The notes under the pieces are model-generated. The model had not been told where the DNA came from. It did no database searches and saw nothing but the letters and a program-made list of their open reading frames with translations. Positions 53,201 through 64,000 of a stretch of DNA of 64,000 nucleotides are shown piece after piece. Position 1 is the first letter of the stretch. The number at the start of each line of letters is the position of its first letter. The translations under genes and the position numbers were made by a program. Source of the DNA: Gnetum montanum (taxonomy: Eukaryota > Plantae > Gnetophyta); the NCBI GenBank assembly GCA_015680685.1, contig MNCI01002733.1:1-64000 (forward strand). The letters run 5' to 3'.

Positions 53201-54393
53201 TGATCCAAGAATGGAAGAAGAAAAGTTATAGCAACTCCTAAACTATTACAAATTTTAGAAGCCTAGTGACAAAGGGAAGCAATTGATGGAAGAGCCACCA
53301 CCTCCAAGAACTACATGAGCTTTCCTAATTTTGTGTCTTATAATATTATGTTCAAATGTTTTGTAAAACATCACTACACCATGTAAGATTCCATGTTTTT
53401 TTTTGCTTGTTTGAGTTAGTTAATAATTCCATACCTTCCCAACATTTTGTAAAGAACTTGTTCCTCATTTTTTTTAACTTGAGAATGAGTTTTCATTTAG
53501 TCGTGGGGGTATGATGTCTCATGATTTTGTCAACCCCAATATCGAATATTTGATATCGAGGCTTCGATATCAGATATGCGATATTAGGTCTTGAGAAATG
53601 ATGTCAGATATGCAATATCATCTCCTTCGTGCTAGCCTATAAATACAACACTTTGATGCATGGTTGGGGGATAGTTCTAGTTTTAGATTTTAGTTAGCGT
53701 TTTCATAGATTATTAATTTTTAGTCCTATTATTTTCCAATGCATCCCTGTAGTGTGATGTTTGTAGTCATATGACATTCTTATTGAAGTGTGATGTACTT
53801 GGATGTGTTACATCACTGGAAATAAAGATCGAGGTTACCCCCATCATTGCAACATCCACTTAGATTTATTATTGATTGAATTTTTTAATTATTTATTATT
53901 TTATTTAGTTAATGTTTCCATTTATTACTAGTTACTATTCTTTTCATTAAGCAAAATGAGTACGAATTATCACGAGTACTTAAGTGTAATTACTGGATAA
54001 CATAGTAGTTAATCATTTGGCAAGCCCAGTGACGTACGCTTGGCAATCCCAGTGGTAGTTATATGAAGTCCAAGGTGTGTACAAATGATTTAGGATGGAT
54101 ACTCATCAAATGTAGGCTAGTTTAGATCCTATTTTCCATTTTCTAACTTAATCAATTAATCTCTTTATCATGATTAGGAGCAGCATAGGATTAGACGACA
54201 TCATCTTATGTCTCACTTTGGACTAAACCATATGTGACAAAGCTACCAGTTGTCCAAGTGGGAAGATAACGAACTATGATTAGAGCATAATGATTTAGAT
54301 GTAGAACTACTCCCATCCATAGAACTCAACTAGATCATGCATGAATGTTTCTAATTCATATGGTTGGATGTAGGGGTACCTCACCGCTCATCA
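50270..54393 (+). mobile_element. Athila-like remnant C (post-gag region, decayed coiled-coil ORF, PPT, 3' LTR)
   Basis: ~50330-51270 is an inverted homologue of ~16790-17770. GAGAATGAGTTTTCATTTAGTCGTGGGGGTA|TGATG at ~53481-53516. Confidence 0.8.
53512..54393 (+). repeat. 3' LTR of element C
   Basis: TGATG...CTCATCA termini, CCTATAAATA at ~53636, and a right end that is the reverse complement of ~13336-13520. Confidence 0.88.
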
Positions 54394-54959
54394 ATTACTT
54401 AATATTTCATTAGGTATCATTTTTAGATGATATTTTGATTATCAAACTATTTAGAATATTTTTTTAAGGTAGGATAATAATTAAGGATTTCTTTGGAAGT
54501 TTGGAACAATACCTCTAGGCTAGCTTATAGTGCTTTCAATGTTGACTATATGCACAAGGTAGCTATAGTCTCATAGTTTTGGTTTGGATATTTGTAGATG
54601 AGGACTTGACGTCATTAATTATTATAATGATTTGTAAAGAGCATTGATTGAAAAAATGTTTAGATGCTTCTTTTAAAAAAACCTAAAAATGATAATGGTT
54701 AGAATTCTAATAATTTTTTTCACTATCTTCTTTTTCCTAAGACATTTCTACTTTTAGTTCTCTAGTTATTATGGTGTAAGCTTAGTAAGTATTAGAATTA
54801 CAACTGTATTACAATTTTAGAAGATATACTTAAGCATATTAGCCCATGGTAGCTTTCTTTTAATGAACCAATTTGAGCTACTAATTCATCTAGATTTTGT
54901 AACACTTTGAAAACTACAGTTTCCTATGTATAATAAATGGTTATTATTCTATTATTCAG

Positions 54960-55351
54960 TTCATAATAAAGGAATATCTCCATCTATTATAATACATAAT
55001 TATATAATTGCATCTCTGCACAAAGCTTCACTGCACATACATGTTATAGAGTTATGTGAAGATGTATTTAACAATGAAGGTCTCAAACCTAATGGATTTA
55101 CTTTCTCTATCTTAATAGATTCATACAACAAAGAAGATAGACCAAAGAAATCCCTAAAATTTTTTGAAGAAATGAGAAGTCAAGGTTTTATTCCCAATGA
55201 AAATACATACAATATAGTTATAAATTTGGCAATCAAACTAGACATGCCAGAATATGCCTTGAGACTTTTTAATGACATGCAATCACATAATGTCTTGCTA
55301 AGGATAATAAAAGAAAATCCAAGCAACTTTAATTCAATTTTAAAATGCTAA
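54960..55351 (+). CDS. Pentatricopeptide repeat (P-type PPR) exon or gene fragment, about 3 motifs
   Basis: GLKPNGFTFSILIDSYNKEDRPKKSLKFFEEMRSQGFIPNENTYNIVINLAIKLDMPEYALRLFNDM. Candidate acceptor ATTATTCAG|T at 54959. No other exons identified, so it may be a pseudogene. Confidence 0.7.
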
Positions 55352-55359
55352 TCAATAAA

Positions 55360-56069
55360 ATTAAATATGTTCAAAGTTTTTACACAATTGTATATAGAAA
55401 AAATTTGTTGAATCAAGCATGATTTTTATTTGAATAACCATGATTTTTTAATTTATGATTATTTCAAAGAGATCTGAATTTGCAAAATAGTCATTTCCAC
55501 TTTATCACATAGTTCCTATTGCACATAGCCTCATATATTAATTAAGGGACTTTAGGATAGATAGTTACATTTCATTTAAACCATAGTTTTCTAATTTAGT
55601 GATAAATTGCTGATTTAACAATTAGTGGCCAGATCAGAAATTTTTTGCCCTCAACCTAAATTGATTCAACATGACTTTTATAATAAACCTTATTTTTAGA
55701 AAGAAATCAATAGATTTAGGTATATTTTTGTAACCTTTAAATATAATTTAGCCTGACTTACCAATTTATCATGATTCTTGAAACATGTTAATTTGACTTA
55801 TTTTCTAACTATTTAAACATTACTTTAAACTTATCCAATCCTAGAAAACACTCACTCACTTCCAACTCATCACAAAGTTCTTATTAAATATGTTCAAAGT
55901 TGTTACACAATTGTATATAGCAAAACTTTTTTGAATCAAGTGTGAATTTTACTTGAATTTTCAAGATTTTTTAATTTATGATTATTTCAAAGCCATCTAA
56001 ATTTGCAAAATGCTCATTTCCACTTTATCACATAGCTCCTATTACTCATAGTCTCATATATTAATTAAG
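55360..56069. repeat. ~187-bp diverged direct repeat (55360-55546, 55883-56069)
   Basis: ATTAAATATGTTCAAAG...TCATATATTAATTAAG occurs twice. Confidence 0.9.
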
Positions 56070-56882
56070 AATAATAAGAAATGAAAAAAAAATTAATAAG
56101 AATAATTTATTTTCAGCCTATTCGACTATGTTGCTACCAACAAGGATAGTGAAAGCCTTGAATCTTAACATGGAAGACTTGAGTGTTAAGCCATGTGGGT
56201 TGACTAATGAATCCCAAAGTTGGCGGGGTATGGCTACATTATTTTATATTTTAGCCTCAGTAAGTTGCCTCTTCACTTTCAAATATGAGCATGCCAATTT
56301 GGCATAGAAGGGGGACCCCCTTTTCATTTTGAAGAGGGTTGAAAACTTTAATTTTAAGCTTATGGCTTGAAGGTTGCAATAGAGGCTATTTCTCCTTTCT
56401 CTTACTCTTGTCCTGTGGTTGCCTAATCAAGTTTTGGACATTATAACTTTTATTTTAAGCTTATGTCTATAATTAATATCTATGATTATGTTGGCTAGCT
56501 TTCATAAAATTAGAAGAATATGCTAAAAGCACAATGGCTACCATTAAGGTGTCTAGAGTTGGAGAATACTTTAAATAGTTCTATTAATATTTTAACAACT
56601 TGAACATTTATAACTATGTCCTTTATAATGATAATTGATAACATAAAAACTTTAAAAAATAATTAAATACTACTCATAGCCTATGAAACTACTCCACTCT
56701 ATATATATATCAATTGGCCTTGAAAAAAAGATAGAGCAAACTTGATTGAGAGGGTAAAACTAAATTTGGTAAGTGGTAGAAAAATAGAGGGATGAGTGAT
56801 TCTATTTTTAGTTATCTTGTTACCTCATCTAGTAGTTGAGCTTGGTTAACATCTTCTTCTTTAAAATCATCTTGGAGAATTG

Positions 56883-56907
56883 ATATATATATATATATAT
56901 ATATATA
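56883..56907. repeat. (TA)n microsatellite
   Basis: Directly visible. It is followed by ATATGCTACCCCATA repeats at ~56927 and ~56988. Confidence 0.95.
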
Positions 56908-57989
56908 TTTAAGCTAGTGTATGTCCATATGCTACCCCATACACTATGTAGCATATGGAATAAAAAATAGTATTTTTTATGTGTCTATATGCTACCCCAT
57001 ATGGAATTTGATTTTTAGTGTATGGAATCAAAAATAAAAATTTCCATGTGTCACATGTTGCCACATGCTACAAAGTGTGTGGACTTCGATTTTAGCATGT
57101 GAGTAGAAAATAGAAGCTTGTATACAAATTATGTACCCAAATGCATAAGGAGTTGCACAAACAGAGCTTGAAGCTTGTTAAAGTTGGCAAGTTGTGTTTT
57201 GTAGTCAACCTCATGATCCAGGTACTTCCCAACATTGATTTCCAAAACCCCTTGCTAGTTTGCAAGTTGGAATTGTATTTTTGCAAACTAGTTTTTTCAT
57301 ATTATTTTATAGTGGTTTTAGATTATCATGTGAATTTTCCTAGGTCTAAAATTACAACATTAATGTCAAAGTTTTGTTAAATTTCATGTATGTGTAATAG
57401 CTAGACTTAGAAATTTTTTTTACTAAAATATTATCATTTTATTTTTGCATGTGAATTACACTACACAGTTGCAATTTTAGCTGTTGAAATTGCTAAGGTT
57501 GTCCAAGTAGCATTGGTCCACTTTTGGTATCTTGTTATGCATGGTTTAGGTTATTAGTGGTTATTTACATGTTTTATTTTGATTTTCAATAGTATTTTGA
57601 ATATTTTGAAATTTTTTATCTAGCTTTCCTAAAGTTTTACTACAACTATTTCATCATAAACTAGGATTTCTAGTTAAAATCCCATCAAATTCGAGTTGGA
57701 ATTTTGTAATTGTTGTTGTGGGTTAAATTTCAATACAAGATAATTCTCATGGTTTATTTATTTTTTGAACATAAAATTTCTACAATTTTTATGTATATTT
57801 CCACCGTGAGATTTCCATCAATGTTAATGGACTATTTTTTTCTTAATTTTTTGGTTAAATTCTGCAATGGTTTTGATTTTTGAAATTTGAAAATCTCATT
57901 GTGTGGTTTTGTATGAAAATTTTAACATCATGCTCATAATTTTTGTTTAATAGTTGTGTAATTTTTCATTATGGTCACATGAGGTTCTA

Positions 57990-60900
57990 ATGGTCATCTT
58001 TGAGTTATGCAAGGCTTTCTTAAAGCCAATCTTCGTGGTAATTAATCTAGTTGGCCTATTGTGATGCATCCATATACTAGAACCCAACACTCCACCTCTC
58101 AATATGATCTTAGACCATAGTTCTCTCTAGTTTAGACCAGGGCCAAGGATTTCCTAGCCTTTTTGCTTCAACACTTTAGTGTGATCATATGGTCATACTT
58201 GGCATTAGATACTGATGCTATCATCGTGGAGACCTTGCTACCCCATTTTGCTATCTTGATCATCAAATTCATAGTTGATGATCTTAACATTGGTGTGGAA
58301 GATGAAGAATTTGATGGCATGTACACCACAGGCACATGTAAGTTATCTAGAATCTGGGATATGCCTGAGTTCATTCAATACAATGCCAACAATATGTTAA
58401 TGATGGATCACTGAGTCCACACTTTATTCTGAAATCCTCTTGACACTTTCTACCATCTAGAAGGGTAAGTGAAATTCTAAGTTTTTGGTTCATCTCTTAG
58501 TTTCACTAAGAAACTTAGATTTAACAATTTTTGTTTGGGTTTAAATGCTTGTAGGTATAGGATAGATGACTAAGATTTGATCAAGAGTAATCAAATCTTA
58601 CCCTTGGCCCACACCACACTAGAGGTCTTTCCCAAAAGCCAAGTAGTGAGGCTTATGTTCATGAAGCAACTCAAGGATGACTTTGACAGGTATACCTCAT
58701 GTTACTCTCAGGCCTACTATAGGTGCCTAACAAATGGGATAACTCATATTTTGTAGGGTATCCCAGATTTTGGTATACATGCACATATACCTCTTAGGAT
58801 CTTGATGTTGCCTTCATCAAATAAGCAAATAATTTTTATTTTTATTTTTTATACAATGTCAATTTTTTTTGGTTATGTAGTTCAATTATCTAGGCTTTAC
58901 TTGTTTGACTAGTTTTATCGATATGGATACAAGCTTTGCTTAATGTTATGTATATGTCAAAGTTGATGGGTGTTTTTCTTTATGTTTTAGGGGCTACGCC
59001 AACATCCATTGTTACCACGATTGTTTCATGATATGTAGAAGAGACACTTATCCTCAAGTTTGGTGAGGTGGATTCAGCACAACATGAGTTGGCTAGCCAA
59101 GCACCTAGCCCAACTAGGAAAGGATTGCTAGTGTAGGTTTTCTTGATTTATTTATGGCTCCTAGCCCAACCATACCTACCCTTGAGATGATGAATGTCAT
59201 TGACTCCTTTAATGAAGGAGTCAAAAAATTCATCACTCATGTTCATGGTGTACCTATCACTTTGGCTGTTAACAAATCTACCCTCAATAACCTCTTTAAT
59301 ATCACTTGTCAGGGTATGAAGGTTGCCCATAAAATAGGGAAAGAGGTGGAAGAATGGTTGACACACATTGCAATCACATTGGATCACCTCTAGACTAGTG
59401 TCAAGCCATCAAGGTTAATGAGATGTTCCCATTGTTTCAATCCTCGACATTCCTCACATTGTTGTCATAAAAGAAGATACTAGGCATTTGATAGCATGGA
59501 CCATGAAGAATATCCTCACTAAGGATGCTCAATTCAATTGAATAGCTCACTTGGTTTTTAGGCTATGAGAGGAGATCCTGAAACTTCAGAACAACCTTGA
59601 GATGATATGACATTTACATTTTGAATTTTTGTACGATATGCAAGGGGGTTCATAGAGTTGTTAGTGGTGAAGAAGAATGGATGATGGGTAAGCCATGATC
59701 CATCCCAATTTTTTAAACCTTGGATTAAACACATTGTTCAAACTATGTAGGTTCAAAACCCACCTATTGAGGATGTTGGGGAATCATTATCTATTACCAC
59801 TAAGAATTTTAGTGGTATGTATTGTCCTTCCCTTGACACCATGAGGGTTGAACCCCAAGTTGCTCATAAGAATGATTAAAAGACTGAGTTATGTGATGAG
59901 GCTAATGGTGTAGCTAAAGCAAAGTTAAAGAGGCTTATGAATGAGGAGATAGCACTAGTTGTTGAGCAACTTTTCATGAAGAAACTCTTCATCAGACTTG
60001 GTCAAGCATAACATATGGTTATGGGTATGTTCCATTTTCATTCATGTTTAAGTTATTTTTGCATCTATGTTTTATGTTATATAGTCATGTTTTTCTTTTG
60101 TTCTAGATAAAATATGCTAACTTGTTCTATGTTTTTTCTTCACTATTCTTGTCGGTAAACAAAAATAATGGATACCATAGGTAGTTGTAGTAGAGGAAAA
60201 AAAAACCTAGAGGAGATGGCACTATAATGGCATGAGGATGAGGAGCTATCCAATGCCACATTAGATGAAATTGATGCCATTATTGAAGGCTCATAGTTAG
60301 GTAAACCTCTTGTTGTTATCCAAGATGATCTTCTAGGTACTTATGAATTTTGTTTCATATGTTGCATTTTGTATTTTCACATTCGAACTTGGTTTTAATC
60401 ATTAGTTGATGGTTACGCCCATTGTAGTGCCTAAACCTCAACTAGATGCTCCAACCTCTATGGTTCACATGAAACCATGGGCAAAATTTCCTAACAAAAC
60501 TGAATTCATAAGTGACATGGTCAAAGACATGATTAATTGATTGCACCAAATTGTTCCCAATGTTGGTAAGAACCTTATCTTATTTTTCCTTTAGATGTTT
60601 TTATGGGTTATGCACTTCATTTCATATGGGTTTTATGGTTATATGATATTAGTAGTTTAAAGTGTTTTTGGTTATTTCATTATTTACTATTTTTGTGTAT
60701 ATTTTATTATATTGTTCACAATGTCCAAGGTTGGGTGGGATTCCAACTGTTCCATTGATATTCATGAACTACCCAAATTTCCACCTAAAGTGGAAAATGT
60801 TCCACAAAATTTATATGAAAGTACCACTAAATGTTGACTCTCATATGCCAAAACTTCGTGGGAATGTCAATGCTTCAATGAGTTCCTATGGGAGTGAGTT

Positions 60901-61170
60901 GTAGCATTGGAAAAGGAAAATAAAAAGTAGGCTAGGGAGATTAAAGACCTTAGGAATCACAAGGAGTTTGTGGAAGCCTAAGTGGCTTATAGAGACTATT
61001 TGCAAACTAAGAAGATATAATGATTATGGTATTGAAACACCATCCACAGCAAGGTTGCACTTGTCAGGTTCCTTATGAAACAAAAGTTACAGATGGACTT
61101 GTTGGCTTGTAAAGCCAAGGATTAAAGGGACTATTTGAAACACCACCAATATGCAAGTTAAAACCTTTTA
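57990..61170 (+). pseudogene. Multi-exon cargo gene copy B: NIF/FCP1-like HAD domain + PMD-like domain + charged tail
   Basis: Exon ~58014-58464 reads AFLKPIFVVINLVGLL...FRP-AKDFLAFLLQHFSVIIWS...KLSRIW...YNANNMLMMDH...NPLDTFYHLEG|gtaagt. Further exons at 58555-58689 and 58991-~60024, with more to ~61130. Homologous to copy A. Confidence 0.8.
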
Positions 61171-61174
61171 GCAC

Positions 61175-62460
61175 TATAACCTTCACCCCTACACTTGAGG
61201 GTACATGATCATTATAAAATGTAAGGTTTGTAGCCCATGAGCTACAATTTCACATACTTAAACTTTTGGGGCTGAAAAATGCCTCATAAGTCATCATAGC
61301 CTCACTTCCCAAGTGGACAAAGTCATGTCATGTCTATATTTGGGCTTGGAAAGTTTGAAAATGCCTTGGGAATTTCCAAATTTGGCATTTTCATGGGTTT
61401 TGTGGGGGTATAGCCTCAACTACACTAGAATCACCTACATCCAACATTGGTGGTGTTGGGTTCTCATTTTTCTAGCCATAACCCCCAGCGTTCATGATAT
61501 AAGGCTAGTGTTGAGGTTGTGGATATTTCTATTTTTCCACAAATCTAGCATTGAAGTGGTTGGGGATTTGGTTTCTTTAGAAGGCCAACATTCCTCCAAA
61601 ATTTCATCATGGATCCCATGGAGCCACCATGGATGGATGAATCTAGCATAGTTGGAAAAATACATTTACTATTTATAGTATCTACCATGGTTTTGATAGC
61701 CTTAGGAATATCAAAACTTATCATAAATGGATAACTACACTAGAGATTATGGCCTGCCACACCTAGAAATTGTATCAATCTATAAACAAACATGGCAGAA
61801 ATTTGCAACCAAAAACTAGAAATCCTATGACCTATAAATAAAGATTTTGAACACATTGAACATGTTCAAGAAATTGAAAAACATTGGAAATCTTAAGCAC
61901 TTGTAACCATTGTCTTTTGCAAGACTTTTAGTAAACTAGCAATTGGCTAAGCATTAGAAACTCTTAGAGTAATTGCCTAACATCAAAAAGTGAAGCACAT
62001 ACCTTACCCTCCCTTTGCAACCAACATTGCTAAAACCTTTTCCTCCTTGGAAATGAATAGTACACATACTTACCTCCTTAGCAACCAATGCTACACAAAT
62101 CATACACCCTTTGCAACCAATGTTGCATGTATCTTATCCTCTTGGAAACCAACAATGCATAAACCTTACCCACTTTGCAACCAATGTTAAACATACCTGA
62201 CCTTGTTGGAAGCCAACATAGTACCTTTGAAACCAATGTTGCAAAAGAATTATCCCCTAGTGACCAATGTTGAATATCTAAGCTACAAACATGCAAGGAT
62301 TTTTGGCATCTAAAGTTCCAAAGTACTTGGATTGTGAAGCTGACTTGAATACTTTGAACTTTATGCTTTGAAAATTTTCATTATTTTAATAAAGTTTTCA
62401 ATTCATTTATTATGCAAGTTCATTCCATGTTTAATGTCTAGGCTTTCTAAGGGCCTATGC
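61175..62460 (+). mobile_element. Tat-type LTR related to 31516-32791, with internal tandem repeats
   Basis: TATAACCTTC...GAAAAATGCCTCATAAGT...CCAAGTGGA matches ~31516-31690. CCTATAAATA at ~61831 and TTGCAACCAATG repeats at ~61990-62270. The right end is uncertain. Confidence 0.6.
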
Positions 62461-64000
62461 AACTCCTTTCTAAGATGCATGGTAGTTGAGCTCCAACGCC
62501 ATTCAACACCGACAAGTGTGGCTGATTTGATGATGACTATGAGAATCTAGGAGCTAGTGCAAGGGCTTAAGGTATGATGGAGTAGTAGTGGCATCATGGT
62601 CATAGGTGAATTAGTGGGAGGACACCATGTAATAGTAGTAGTAGGAGGGCAAGTGTAGGACATAGTAGTGATGACAGTGAGTAGTGACAAGTCGCCTGCA
62701 AATAAGATGTGGCTCAGGCCTATGAAACCCTTAGTGGGGGTTTACTATGTCAAGGAAATGGTGGATTGGTGATTTGTAGTGTGGTTTTTGCCTAGGTGGT
62801 GATGGGAAAACAATTTTTTCTAATGCATGAGGGTTTCAATAGATTTGGCACAACTTGGGGTAGATAGGACAGTGAGGCAGTGTAATGGAAATGGAATGCG
62901 TAGCAAGAAATAAGGAGAGGAGTGTAGTAGCATGGAGAGTGATCGGTGCGTGTGGTGGTGGGAAGGGCAGGTAGCTGGTGCATAAGGTGAATAGCAAGGC
63001 ATGTGGGAGGAGGCAGGCAATGTAGCAGTAAATAGGCAAAGCATGAAATAATAGTAGCTAAGGAGGCTTGCTCGATATAATGAGCTAATATTGGGGTTGT
63101 GCAGTCCTCGACGGGCTTATGTAAATGACAAGATGCTTTATTATAAAGGCATTCATGAGGATTAGCATAAAAGTAGTCTTTCTCTTTAGGTTTTTCTACA
63201 ATGGATCTTCTCTTTTTAGGTGTACTAATTCCTTCTCTCTACATTGCTTTGACAACATGAGCAAATTGCTCTCATATTGAGTAACCCAACTAGCTATGTT
63301 CAATTTAATAGTGACATCCTTGTAAATCCTAAATGCCTTTGGTGATCTTCTACAACTTTTGCCATATTACCATCATATGTAACAACAAAAATATTGCTTT
63401 CAATTAAAACTAGGTAGTCAAAGGCTACCATTTATGAGGAGTGGTTTTGAAACAAATATTTGTGCATCTTCTAGTTACAAGTCACTTGCCTATGTTTAGT
63501 TGGGCTAACATTTTAAATTTTAAATTTTTGGTACATAAATGGATGTCACTTTTGATATTATAGATTTTTTTTTGCATTGGCATTGTTTTGAGTTAGTGTT
63601 AGTCTAGGTTGTAATTATAAGATTCCTAATACATCCACAACATATTGTTTAGAAGTTGTTTCTTGTTTTATTCAACATGAGGATATTTGTAACATTCATG
63701 AGCCAATTTTGTGATTGTGGATTTAGTTTCAAGTTTTACTATCTGAAGATGATTTTTATATAGATATTTAGATAGTGTTCATGATAATTCTGAGAATTAT
63801 GTGAATTTTTTTTAAAATTTTTACATTATAGTTTTTTTATGTTTTTCTTTGTTTTATAGTTATGTTTTTATTTATCGAGGATACTAATAGTTTGTCTATT
63901 TTATTGGTTTACAAGCTTCTAGCTTCTAGAATAATATGATGGCTTAACAACATATCCCCTCTTTCTCCCATAGCTTAGTCTTGCTCGTAATGGACATGTT

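Noticed and set aside
13333-54393. Inverted ends (TGATG..GAGCGGT / ACCGCTCATCA) suggesting a 41-kb TIR element, with flanks AATACT / ATTACT
   Set aside because: Each end is the 3' end of a separate 3' LTR with its own PPT, in opposite orientation. The flank match is imperfect in AT-rich DNA.
31516-62460. 31516 and 61175 as the paired LTRs of one element
   Set aside because: They align only over the first ~180 bp. No PPT precedes 61175 and no TSD was found.
62500-63130. Purine-rich segment with overlapping minus-strand ORFs
   Set aside because: No recognisable domain. It is probably a TE remnant but cannot be classified.

Overview
Plant nuclear DNA, probably from a large-genome seed-free plant or gymnosperm (inferred from spliceosomal introns and strong CG and CHG decay). 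Most of the window is decayed, nested retroelements: three Athila-like Ty3/gypsy copies with no pol (A, B, C), one Tat/Ogre-like gypsy, a second Tat-type LTR, an RTE/L2-like LINE, an L1 fragment and two short RTE 3' ends. Host-like sequence is limited to a 5'-truncated COMT-fold O-methyltransferase (7932-9047, with an unusual KWVLLHW catalytic motif) and a three-motif PPR fragment. A 5.4-kb block is duplicated (1663-7029 vs 17604-23018). The main result is a multi-exon transposon cargo gene present as two diverged copies with matching intron positions. One copy is antisense inside a ~10-kb spacer between the protease and RT of the Tat/Ogre element (~37830-41600, minus). The other is on the plus strand (~57990-61170) in a different context. 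Hand translation shows an N-terminal NIF/FCP1-type HAD (CTD-phosphatase-like) domain with degenerate catalytic motifs, followed by a plant-mobile-domain-like region and a charged tail. A ~2.7-kb array of a decayed TCCACGCTGG motif lies upstream of the antisense copy. All alignments were done by eye; no database searches were run and boundaries marked ~ are approximate.
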